Position numbers and translations under genes: made by a program. Of a DNA stretch of 64,000 bases, positions 11,370 to 23,335 are shown piece by piece. The first letter of the stretch is position 1. Every line of letters starts with the position of its first letter. The DNA comes from Malacoraja senta (lineage: Eukaryota), in contig JAXLNO010000041.1 of NCBI GenBank assembly GCA_038087875.1, forward strand, positions 124,001 through 188,000, read 5' to 3'. Below the pieces are notes generated by a model. It saw only the letters and a program-made list of their open reading frames with translations, had not been told where the DNA came from and searched no databases.

Positions 11370-11830
11370 AAGTCACATGGTAGTATGCAGGCGGACGGTA
11401 TGAGCAATGGATTCTATAATTCTGGGCAACTCTGCTCCATCGGGCCCTTTATCCAACCACAGGCACCCACTCATATAAATCCTTCACAAAACACCGCGTT
11501 CCTTGTCACACAACCTCCCCTACATCATCTGTCCAACCTCTGCACATTCCTTCCAATGGGTACCGTACCCTGACTATTCCCACCTGCCCACCCCAGGCAG
11601 ATTTTCGCCCATATTCCACCTTCCTTTCTCATGTGATTCCATCCCCTACAGCCCCTGTTAGCGCTACCAATCACGTCACAGCCTTTGTTATCTTCCCCGT
11701 CCCCCCCGTCCCCCGGCTGGTTCCGGCCACCAATCCATCTCTTATCACTTTGATCCACCAGTCGCACGCCAGGCTTTATCACATCGCTGACACATTGAAG
11801 ATGGATATCTCTCCTCCACCCCTTCACTCC
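11370..11830 (+). mobile_element. Degenerate chondrichthyan interspersed repeat, probably Penelope-like 3' region
   Basis: Resembles the common shark/ray motif (...ggtatgaacattgatttctc...) followed by a C/T-rich tract; recognised by eye, boundaries approximate. Confidence 0.35.
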
Positions 11831-12713
11831 AGAGGAAGGATCTCGACCAGAAACTGTGTATTCCTTCCACGGATGCCGCCTGAACAGTCAGTAGTTTGTT
11901 TTATTTTGCATAACAGATCGGTTCTACAGTGGTACGAAGATTGAATATTTTCTTCCCTTAAGTAAACATTCATTGTTCCAACTCGGCCTTCCGCTATTAC
12001 CACTAGCAACATGAACGAACTGAGCAAGTGACATTTCTTAAATAATGTAGTAATTCCGTGCCCTGGATTAATTTGAATGCAGAGACACAGGAAACTACAG
12101 ATGCTGGAAACTTGAGCAAACCTCAAAGCACTGGCGGAAATCAACCGACTGGGGAGGATCTTTCAGGGGAATGTCTGACTCGTTGAATTACTCGACTATT
12201 ATGCATTTCATTCCTTTTTGTTTGAATGATTTCATTCACCTTTACTTGACACCGTTAATGGAAATGCCGTTTGCAATTATACCCTTTTAGGGAAAATGTT
12301 GTACATTGTAAGGAATGAGATTTGTTTGGCTTGGCATTTTCTTCGGTACCGTCGGGCCAAGGGGGGCATTCCTGCGCTGTGCCTTTCTATGAACTATGTT
12401 ATATGCTGTTCGTCATCTTTTTTTGTGTTGAACGTTGATTTCCTCCAAAGTTTCTGCAGTTCCGCCTGTGATTTGTCGTTGTGCATCATACGTAACGGAT
12501 TTACTGCGCGCTATTTCGCCTTTCTACTTGTCAGCGTGGAATACGATCAGATATTCCGCGTTATACCCGTATCGCTGAAAATCGGGAGGGAGAGAGGTAA
12601 AAGGACCGGAAGCTAATGCGGGGAATACAGATGCAGAGATACACAGAGAAACAGGGAAAGGTTATTGATTTTATTGGAAAGTTTGAGAGAGAAGGGGAAG
12701 CATAAGGGAGGTG

Positions 12714-12919
12714 NNNNNNNNNNNNNNNNNNNNNNNNNNNNNNNNNNNNNNNNNNNNNNNNNNNNNNNNNNNNNNNNNNNNNNNNNNNNNNNNNNNNNNN
12801 NNNNNNNNNNNNNNNNNNNNNNNNNNNNNNNNNNNNNNNNNNNNNNNNNNNNNNNNNNNNNNNNNNNNNNNNNNNNNNNNNNNNNNNNNNNNNNNNNNNN
12901 NNNNNNNNNNNNNNNNNNN
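12714..12919. other. Assembly gap (206 N)
   Basis: Run of N separating the family-A array from the family-B region. Confidence 1.
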
Positions 12920-13353
12920 GGAATGAAATAGGCGAGAGACGGAGAAAGGGGGAATTAGGTGCAAATATATAGAGCGAGAACTAGAGCGAGGCTGTTGATA
13001 AGAACAAAGTTGATGAGGACAATCGCTGGAAATTAAAAGTCTTCGGGACTCGCAGCGAAGGCTGTGAATTTGTGACAAATACAACAATGACCACGATGGG
13101 GGTAGGGAGCCAAGTCGGCGTAAACATTCAGATATTGCAGAAAGAGCAGGAGGGAGCAGATGTTGTGTATAGAAAGACGTATATTGTGAATACGTTGAAG
13201 TCAGTGAGAGCGAAACAACAGCGGAAGCTGCAGAAGGCGCAGAGGACAAGAGAAACCGAGTGGATGTGGGATGAGTTTTCATGGCGGCGGGAAACCACAA
13301 ATAGCATGCGCGCTGCAGATTTATATCGGCTCAGAAAGCAAAGCAGAAGCTGA

Positions 13354-13391
13354 TGTTTTTGTAGGAAGGTTTGACTGGTTTCATCACTGTG
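13354..13391 (-). promoter_or_regulatory. RSS of V9 (22-nt spacer, 23-class)
   Basis: CACAGTG + 22 nt + ACAAAAACA on minus strand. Confidence 0.9.
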
Positions 13392-14144
13392 CTCCTCAGA
13401 GCGCAGTAATAAACTGCGGAGTCGCTCAGCTGCAGCCCCGAAAGGGTTAAGCTAGTGAATTTTGTTTCCGTCTGCAGCTGGGCAGAGAAGCGAGCACGGG
13501 CAAAATCTGCTTTATCCTCTCTACTTCCTGAATATTTCGACAGTATGAATTCGGGTCCTGAGTCTGGAATATGCCGATACCAATATAAGAAGTAGTTCTG
13601 GACAGCGGTAGCGTAGGTGCAGCTGAACGTCACCGACTCTCCTATTTTTTTCTGTGCAGAAGCCAGCGACTGTGTGACGGAATCTCCGTGACTGGGATCT
13701 GAAGAACACACGGATTCGGTTTGGTTTTATTATTGTCATACATGCAACGAGATACGCGGAAGACCTTTGTACTACAAGCTATCAAAACGGATCAGATAAT
13801 ACAATACATAAATACAATCAAATCAAACGCATGTACAACAGGCAGAGCAAAGGGGAAGATAGATAATGCAGAATATAATCCTGATTTTACACATTTCAAT
13901 GTCCACATGGAGTAAAGGTGAATCAGACAGTACCCTAGCTTATGGAAGTGAATTGCACAGTATCCCCGCTAATGGAGGTGTATCGGGACAATACCCGAGC
14001 TATACTTTCATATGGGGGAAATTAGACCGGTTCAAGTCGCAACTCGGATTGCAATCACTTTCACATGAAAGCGCATGGACTGTTTGTTGGAGATTTACCT
14101 GTCAGACATGCTCCACACACAAACCAGATGGCGAAGTTTCGCAT
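13392..14144 (-). CDS. TRAV/TRDV: V9 (family B), apparently functional
   Basis: Leader 14144-14099 MRNFAIWFVCGACLT|GT; V exon 13698-13392 (307 nt) DPSHGDSVTQ...FSC...WYRH...DSAVYYCALR. Confidence 0.9.
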
Positions 14145-15255
14145 TTTCCAATGACCTCGTCGATCGAGTGCTGTGGGGCTTTCGGATCTTCTCGAGTCTC
14201 CTGTTTGCGCTGGTGGCGCTGTGACCAGCGTGAGTGGGGAGTGACTGACAGCAAATGGGAACGCCTGTGCCGAATCGCTCCAACCTCCGTACCCCGGCTA
14301 CTTCAACTTCCCCTCCAAGCCACGACACGGTCTGCGTCCTCGCGGGGAAGTGGTTCCGCTTGCAGAGATACCGGTGGGGAATAGAACCTCCTTATCCGTG
14401 TACAGGGAAGGGCTAGACCTGACAATCAAATGCGACGGCAATTTGGAACAACGAGGACTGGATCAAAATAGACATGAGCGAGTTTATCGAATGCCTGTTC
14501 AAATCGTGCTGTCTGGGGAAATCTGTCTTCGAGACGAGTCATCAAATGTGGCAATTCGCGCCAGGAATCTCAGAGAAAAGAGTTAGATCCGAAATTGCTG
14601 TGTTGCGCGTTCCACGTTATAATCGTGCAGTTTGGAGACATGGGCAATATCATGACACCAAGAAGGAGCATTTTGTGCAAATTACAGGGAGAGAATGGTA
14701 GAAGAGGTAGGGAAGGCGTATCTATTATGTGAGAGGGGGCGTGAGTGTTGTAGTCATAAACAGGGAAAGATATACAGGGTACCAACACATTGGAGTAACG
14801 GCGCTATTCACTTCCGTTCGAAAGCTCACGTGGCGAATCTGAGGACAAAGGAAACGTATAGAAACATTTGGGAAGAAGTACAACTCGGTGTCGGCGCCGG
14901 CGCCAAAACGTGGCCACACTTGTGTACTTCCCTCGATGAGGTCTGCGACACAATTTTACCGGGTTGTATGCAAACCAAGCATTTCACTGTACTTAGTGAC
15001 AACGTGTGACAATAATTTCACGCTATCACAGAATGTCTACCTTCTAGTATTGAATTGGAAAAACTGCGAACAAATATTATACTCTGTATGACAAAAGCCT
15101 TTGAAAAAGCATGGTTAAATTAACCAGCCCAAAACATTTTGGAGTCATACAACACAAAACTAAGTCCACGACGTCCATGTCGATATTTTTGGCCATCTTC
15201 ACCAATCACGTTTGCCCGTCTTTGGACGCTAAGCTTTGCACCCATTCCCCTTGAG

Positions 15256-15559
15256 TTTAGTTTCGAGATAAACAGCGCGGAAAAAAAGGCCCTTAGGCCC
15301 ACCGACCGGCGATTCCGTATATTAACACTATCCCACACACACTAGGGACAATTGTAACATTTACCAAGCCAATTCATCTACATACCTGTACGTCTTTGTA
15401 ACATGGGAGGAAACAGAAGATCTCTGAGAAAACCCACCCAGGTCACGGAGAGAACGTACAAACTGCGTACAGACAGCGCCTGCAGTCGGAAACGAACTCG
15501 GATCTCCGGCGCTGCAAGCGCTGTTAAGGCTGCAACTCTACAGCTGCGTCACCTGTGCC
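15256..15559 (-). mobile_element. HE1-type (tRNA-derived V-SINE) element
   Basis: Reverse complement gives the cggcacaggtg...agagttgc...cgagttcg tRNA-like head and the ...gggcc...tttccgcgctgt tail typical of elasmobranch HE1 SINEs. Confidence 0.75.
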
Positions 15560-16367
15560 GAGTTGTTTATGTAACCCCCCTTTATGAAGGTAGTGATTTA
15601 TCTGGTTCCACCCCATCCTCTGGAGGATTCTTCCCAATATCAATGACTCTCTGTGCAACGAAAACATATATTTTAGAGTTATTCTATTGCTACTTGTTCT
15701 CCACTTAATCCATGTTTTGATTACTCTACACCCGACAGGGATATCCCCTACCGCCTCACGCGATGCTTCTCGCAACGTTACATTCTTCTGTGAAGTTACC
15801 CTTCAACCCCTTTATTCCAGGCCAAAATAAGATCAAACTTGTTTCTTTGCTCGCGTGAAAACTGTTGGAACTGTTATCCACAAACCCGCGGACTCCCAGA
15901 GGTTATACCTCCTCCCACTCTGCCTCTTACAGATATGATATCCTCTCCACTGAATTCTTCCATCTCCATCGAATTTGCTCCCATGATGAGGTTTCCCTCG
16001 TTCCTTTGTTGTCATATGTCCCGAATTGGAACAATGAAAGTCTTACTTGCACTAGCACCATATATATATAAACATTGTACCGTGTAAAACCCATAAAACC
16101 AACAAAAACCTTCACTGTATGTATGTAAAAACTGAGAAATAAATGGACAATAACCAACAAAAATAGACAATAATAAGCACAACCTTCTTAATTTCTCCAC
16201 ACCTCTTATACCAGCACATTATCTGATTATCGGTTACTGCAGGCAGAAATAGTTTCTCATTTTTTCCACGAAACCCTTTCACGTGTAAGATTAATATCAT
16301 TAATTTTATTAATTTTTTCTATCCCGCATTCGGCGTTGGGTGAAAATCCAACCGATTTCCGCAATTC

Positions 16368-18553
16368 TTTTTTTAATTTTTTTTAAATTTTTTTATTTTT
16401 TAAATATTTTTATTTTATTAGAAGTAAGTACAATTGTATACAATCATATTTTCATAATACCTTTTATGTACAGCTTCTTATTTAAATTTTTTTTTGAAAT
16501 AAAGAAGAAAAAGAAAAAAGTTAGGTAATGAAAAATAGAAAAATGTGAGATATATAGTGTGTGAAAAAGAAAAATAAAGAATGAAAAAATAAAGTTGAGA
16601 CATAGAAAATAGAAGAAAGAGAATAAAAGAAGAGAAGAGAAGAAAAGAAAATAGAAGGAGATCATTTATAATCTTGACCATCCGCAGTCACGGATTAGCT
16701 TTTACACCTGTTTTGCACCATATGTTTCCAAAAAGACGACAAATGGAGACCAACTCGTTATGAATTGGTCAAATTTATCTATTAGGAGGAATCGCATTTC
16801 CTCAAGATGTGCGGTATCCAACATACTTGCAATCCACATTTTGAGCGTTGGTATTGGTGTATTTTTCGAAAATTTCAATATTAATTTTTTTGCTATTTTT
16901 AAACCATAATTAAAAATTGACTTTTGAGATGAGCTCAATTTTTTCCCGTCTTCCATTACCCCAAATATAATCAATTCATTATTAGGTTCCATTTTTGTCT
17001 GAAATAATTTTGTAAATATTTCGAAAATATCACTCCAAAATCCATGAAGTTTTATACAAGAAACAAAAGAGTGTGTTATAGTTGCGTCTTGGGTTAAACA
17101 TTTATCGCAAATGGGCGATATATTTGGATAAAATTTATTTAATCTTGTTTTTGAGTAATATAATCTATGTAAAATTTTAAATTGGATTAGGTTATGTCTT
17201 GCGTTAATCGAACACTTGTGAATGTATGTCAAATACTTTTCCCATGTAGCGTTCGTAATTTTTTATCAATAATTCCCGTTCCCACTCTTCTCTAATTACC
17301 TCGGTCACAGGTAAATCTATATTTAAGATACTATTATATAAATATGATATTAATTTTTGTGTATCAGCTTTTATATTCATTACTTCTTCTAGTAAATCAG
17401 GAGTTATTTTTTGATATCCCTGTATGTATGTCTTCAAAAAATTACAAATCTGAAAATATTTAAAATAATGAGTGTTTTTCAGTTTAAATTTTAATTGTAA
17501 TTGTTGAAATGATAATAAATCTCCCATTTCATACATATCCCCGATCCTTTTAATTCCTAAACTTTCCCATTGATTATATATTTTATCCATCATAGATGGT
17601 TTAAATAAAGGATTATTCGCTATCGGTGTTAACAATGATAGGTTTCAAATTTTAAGGATAATTTTATTTGTTTCCATATTCTTATTGTATCTTGTATAAT
17701 TGGGTTTTTCTTATATATTGTATTGTTCATTTTTTTCGGGGAGAAGAGGATTGTTCCTATATTACAAGGATAACAATCCTCTTTCTCCATTTTTATCCAT
17801 TCTGTCTGTTGAGTTGAACTATCCAACCAGTAAATTATATTCTTAATATGTATTGCCCAATAGTAATACAAAAAATTAGGGAGTGAAAGTCCCCCGACAT
17901 CTTTTGGTTTACATAAGTGTTCTTTTTGAATTCTATGTGATTTGTAATCCCAAACAAAATTAGTAATATTAGCGTTCAGTTTAGAAAAAAAATATTTTGG
18001 TACATATACTGGTATAGATTGAAATAGGTACAATAACTGTGGTAGGAAGCTCATTTTAATAGCATTTATTCTGCCTATTAATGATAAAGGGATTGTTTTC
18101 CAAAATTTTATCATTATATTAAGTTTATTTATCAAGGGTATAAAATTGACTGAATAAAGCTTTATGTCTTCTAGTAATCTGAATACCCAAATATTTGATT
18201 TTTTCTGTTGCTATTTTAAAGGGGAATTTCAATAAGTGTGTGGAGTCTTGAGGTTTTAACGTCATAATTTCACTTTTGTTCCAGTTTATTCTATATCCAG
18301 AAAAGGACCCAAATTCCTCTATTAAATTTAATAAATTTGGTATGCTCGTTTGTGAATTTGTTATATATAACAAAATATCGTCTGCATACAATGACATTTT
18401 ATTATTTGAGTCCCTAGTATTATAACCCTGAATATTCGGATGGCTTCTTATACTTTCAGCCAGAGGTTCTATCATAAGGGCAAATAGCAGGGGTGATAAA
18501 GCACATCCCTGCCTATTACCCCTTGATAATTGCAATTTTTGAGTTAACATGCT
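16368..18553 (-). mobile_element. 5'-truncated L1-clade LINE (RT C-half, zinc-finger region, 3'UTR, poly-A) with 42-bp TSD
   Basis: Fragments RQGCALSPLLF...YADDILLY, IGRINAIKM..LPQLLYLFQ, QFKILHRLYY...CDKC; several frameshifts; identical 42-nt flanks 16326-16367 and 18554-18595. Confidence 0.92.
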
Positions 18554-20598
18554 GCATTCGGCGTTGGGTGAAAATCCAACCGATTTCCGCAATTCAATAT
18601 CCACAGAAACGTATATACCACGTTCGCTTTTTAGTTGACATGTTTTATCTGAACTTTGAGGGAAACCCAACGAGGAGGACGAACGCAGAGCACTATCGCA
18701 GGTGGACATGGCGAATAATTCATTTACGGGCCTGTTCTGTGGTTATCCTGTTATCCCACACTTTTTATCTTTACATCTCTTCCCTTTGTCCAACCATCTG
18801 GCAATCAAACCCACCCAGAATCCACCTGTCGTTTGACAGACTTGTGCCACCCCAACTCTCTTCCAGGTTCTCCACCACAATCCTTCTGAAGAGGGGTACG
18901 ACCGTAAACGTAGCCTATCGACGTTCGCCAGAGACATATCTGAATCCCTGAGTTACTCCTGCACTTTGCGTAGTTTAGTTTGCAACTAAGTATCTGCAGT
19001 TCTTTGTTTCAACATCTGCAGTTGACTTTACTCCGCTATTTCATACTAATGTTGACTAAGGTTGAGCGGCCTCCTGTGGGATATTCGGTAACTGCAAGCT
19101 GACTTTGGAGGAGCAAGAAACCGCCGACGCAGGTGACGAGCGGTTGGTTGAGCTGCCACCGGAAGGATGTCAATTTGAATCTACACCTCATCATTATTCG
19201 CTGCATCGACGCATTGCAGGAGGACAGCATTTGCAGAGCGTAGCTTCTCCACTTTGCTGGAAAGTGCAGGAAATAATTCTATGCATTAGCACCACACGCA
19301 GTTTTGTACTGAAAACATTGTAGTCCATTAGAGACAATTCACAAATGACTAGAGATGCTGGAATCTGCGGCAAAAATAAAATTATGTTTTGGAGGAACGA
19401 AGCGGCGTCTGCCAGACATTGTACAAGAAAATGGAATGCGTGAGACGAGATGTAGTGCACGAACGGTGAATCCCCACCAGAAGATTAAAGAGGGAGAGAC
19501 GGGTGGATATAACAGCAGGGCTTGGTACGATGCCTGTTTCTTCGTTGTCCATATGGAACATCCTTTATTGCAAACCCATTCTCGCAAATTTCCCCATTCC
19601 GCCTGCCCTGCGCGGACTACGGTTAATGGACTGTATCTTGGAACCAGGCAGTACAGGCTAATATTATTAAGCTCGCCACTAACGTCTGCCCTGGCCTCCA
19701 ATTGACTGGAACCATTTTGCCCCATCCTTTATCCTAATCGTTTTGTCTCTGTGATTACACCAGCTCAAGAGATGAAGGTTGATGTAATCGGCAGCAAAAA
19801 ATAAAACAATTTGCTGGAGTTGCGTCCACTTGAACCCTGTTGGGACCAGTATCCTGGCAAACTGCACAAAGAGGGCGGTAGATAGGGCCTCCTGCTGCAA
19901 GTAGGAAGTGTCAATATGAGATTTTGCAAACGCATAGAGGAGGCACGCAGGATCACGTGACGAGTTGTAGGCTACACAGACTCACTTCATTATCGTTACC
20001 GCTCATGGAGCCCTTTACTTTTGACGACCACGGATTGAATCGGGGGGCGGTGTTGTTGCATGGTTGACACCAACTCAGAACATGGGAACCTCGCCAGTCT
20101 TCCGCGGTGCTAGCAGTGAGCAAGTGTGGAATCGCTCTCCTCTTGTCCGCGGCTGCGATGACGTTGGCAATAAAGCACTCGATGTACTGCGCTCAGCTGC
20201 AATGAGCAACATTGCATACCCCAATCGAGCCGAATATCGCCAATGCAGGGAGCACACCTCTGTATCTTTCCCTTTGAATGGGTTCTATTTATGGTTCGTT
20301 ATCTGATCTGCTGGCTAGTATGCAAAACATAGTTTATTACTGTATCTCTAACCATTATAAATCTAAACCCAATCCATGTGTTATCCGGACACCAGACATG
20401 GCGATTGTGTTCACACAGATGCCGCCATCAGCACAGAGCACAGAAAATGAGTCGGTGGGTTTCAGCTGCGCAGATGACACCGCAAGCCGCCATCGAGAGA
20501 AACTGAGTGAGTTGGGAAGAATTCTCAAGCGGCGGGAAACCACAACCACCAAGCGCGGTGCAGACGTATCTCGCTGCAGCAGCCAAAGGAGAAGCTGA

Positions 20599-20637
20599 TG
20601 TTTGTGTAGGAAGGTTTCACTGGTTTCCATCACTGTG
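20599..20637 (-). promoter_or_regulatory. 23-RSS of V10
   Basis: CACAGTG + 23 nt + ACACAAACA. Confidence 0.88.
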
Positions 20638-21561
20638 AGGCTAAAGGCGCAGTAATAAACTGCAGAGTCGCTCAGCTCCAGCCCCGATAGGGTTAAACTG
20701 ACTAATTTTCTATCGGTCTGGAGCTGTACAGAGAACCGATCGCCGGCAAAATCGGCTTTCTTCTCGGATCCACCTGAATGTTTCCACAGTATGAACTCTG
20801 GCCATGAGTCCTGATGATGCCGGTACCAAAATAAGAAGTAGCCCGTTACTGCGGTATCATAGGTGCAGCTGAAAGTCATCGACTGTCCTTCTTCTTTCTG
20901 TGCTGACGGCAGCGATTGTGAGACGGTATCTCCATGATTGGGATCTGAAACAATATATGGATTATGTTTAAGTTTGTCATGCGTGCACCGAAATACGCGG
21001 AAGACCTTTGTATTACATACTACCAAACAGATCAACTGATAATATACAATCAAATCAAACGCACGTTCAACAGATAGATAAAGGGAAGATAGCGAGTGCA
21101 GAATAAAGTTCATATTATTGTAGCGAATCAGTTCCAGAGACAAATGCCAATGTCGACACTGGGGTAGATATGGATTGCATAGGTCCCTTGCATATTGGGG
21201 TGAATCGTGCATTGCCGCGGCTGAGAGGTAGTAAGGAACTGCAGATGCTGACTTAAACCGAAGTTAGACACAAAACGTTGGAGTAACTCAGCGAGACAGC
21301 CTGCCTCTCTTGACAAAAGGAATAGGTGACCTGAAGAAGGGTTTCGACCCGAAACATTACCTATACCAATTCATTTTCTCCATGGCATATGGATGGCGAT
21401 TAGATAGTACCCGGCTTTCTATTTACATATAGGGAAAGATTAGACATGTTCGCATTCACAATGATGGTCGACGTTCCGTCGGATTAGGTAGCCGGATTAA
21501 CTGCTGCGATTTTACCGATCAGGCATGCTCCCCACACAATCCAAATGGCAAATACGCGCAT
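20638..21561 (-). CDS. TRAV/TRDV: V10 (family B), apparently functional
   Basis: Leader 21561-21516 MRVFAIWIVWGACLI; V exon 20944-20638 (307 nt) ...FSCTYDTAVTGYFLFWYRH...DSAVYYCAFS. Confidence 0.9.
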
Positions 21562-22119
21562 TTTCCCTAGAAAAAACCCTTTGTGAAATTCCCTCCTCGA
21601 CCTGGTGCTATGCGGCTTTCGGATGTCCTCGCCTTTCCTGCTGGTGCTGGAGGTGCAGTGGTGACGCTGGGCAGGAAGTGACTGACTTCCGCCTACCCCA
21701 GCTTCCTCCACAGTTGGGACTCGGTTAGTATTCTTTCAGGTTAAGCATGTAGTGACTGGGTGGGGAAGGAAACGTCCTCATCGCTGTAACAGGGGATACT
21801 CGGCGCGGCGTTATGAGGAACTCTTAGATATCATAGTGTAAAGGAACTGTGAGGAGCGGGTCAATGTGGTATTTATAGGTTACTTTGATTGCTGGCGAAA
21901 TGTACTTTCTGTTTAAATTTAATTCCGAGTTCGAAATTATCCCCATTCCCACATCGAGCAGCATGGAACAGGTTTGATGCGAGATGGATGCAAGTTAGGA
22001 TGCGAGGCCACCTTCAGAGTATTGCGTACCGTTTTGGGCACATATCATATGAAACATGTTGTCAAGCAGGAAAGGGTGCAGAGAATACTTGGGATAATAT
22101 TGCCAGCACCCAAGGGTCC

Positions 22120-22435
22120 TAGTTTTATGTAGTGTAGTTCAGAGATAGAGCGCGAAAACGGGCCCTTCGGCCAATGGCGTCCGCACCTACCAGCGATTCC
22201 CGCACATCAACAATACCCACCACATACTAGGGACAATTTTACATTGATAACAAGCCAATTAACCTACAAACATGGACGCCTTTAGAGTGTGTGATGAAAC
22301 CCAAGTTCTCGGAGAAAACCCACGCAAGTCGCGGGGAGAGCGTACAAACTGTGTACTGACAAGCACCCGTACTCAGGATACCCGGGTCTCTGGCGCAGTA
22401 AGGAAATAGCTATACCGCTACGCCACCGTGCCGCC
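22120..22435 (-). mobile_element. HE1-type SINE (uninterrupted; paralog at ~38765-39083)
   Basis: tRNA-like head ggcggcacggtggcg on minus strand plus HE1 body and tail. Confidence 0.75.
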
Positions 22436-23005
22436 GTGCCACTGAACTATGTGGTGAGAATTAGCTGGCTAGGACTATTCCATGATGCGCAGGGGGGTGA
22501 CGGGTGTAAAACAATCATGAGACGAGTAGATCGGGTAAACGCACTGAGTCACTTGCCCCGTATAGGGGAATAGAGAACCAAGTTTAAGGTGTGTGTGGTG
22601 CGGATTTCACAGGAACCAGAGGGGTAAACTTTTTAGACAAACGGCGTTGGATGTCTGGATCCAGCTGCCGAGGTAGGTAGTTGAGGCAGGTGCTAGCGCA
22701 ACAGACAGGTACATGCAAAGAATGGAAATGGAGGAATATTCCTTTTGGGATTAGTGTAGATGGGACATATTGATCGATGTTGGCAGGTTGGACCGAACTG
22801 CCCGTTCCCATGATGTATGACTTTCTGAGTCTGACTTGGAGAAATCCCCCCTACCACCCCCCTGTTTCCCCTTCCCCTTCCCCGCTTAGGTACCATCGCA
22901 TTCTCTCACCATCTTGTACCCGAATTCCCTTTGTCCATTAAAATAATGTTTTATTTTATTGTTTCTTCTTATACGTGACAATAATAAACCAAACTTGACT
23001 TCACG

Positions 23006-23054
23006 GAACTGAACTGAATTAAACTAAACTGAACTGAACTGAACTAAACTAAAC
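23006..23054. repeat. (CTGAA/CTAAA)n pentanucleotide microsatellite (longer paralog ~39596-39678)
   Basis: Direct reading. Confidence 0.85.
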
Positions 23055-23335
23055 TTAATGAAATTCACAGACATGATTTGGGAACCGTTCAATGTACAAT
23101 GACTTTCAGGTATATACGTGACGTAACGTTAGCTCATCATTTAAAGCCGAGCTCCTTGGGTAACACTATTTTGCTTTTATTGCATCAGATTTTCCCTTCT
23201 AAGGGCAGTGACTCCAGCGCAGGTGTTCAGTCAACAGAAAGACCCAACCCCGCTCACCGCTATTGGAAAGCCAACAGACAACGAGGGAGCGCTCTGTTTG
23301 CCAACGGCACAACAACAACTGCCCTGACAGACACC

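Noticed and set aside
13866-14384. 172-aa + strand ORF
   Set aside because: Antisense to the V9 intron, leader and promoter; no recognisable domain.
15480-15559. tRNA-like A/B-box sequences here and at ~22400, 26480, 29660, 42200, 62380
   Set aside because: They are heads of HE1-type SINEs attached to SINE body and tail, not tRNA genes.
20355-21212. 285-aa ORF and similar long ORFs (31499-32023, 54159-54668, 46209-46628, 331-696) reading through V, RSS and a hydrophobic tail
   Set aside because: They run through intron, heptamer (TV..) and nonamer (QK.) sequence; tails are frameshifted or truncated between close paralogs (e.g. V13, V9), so they are chance read-through, not membrane-anchored single-V proteins.
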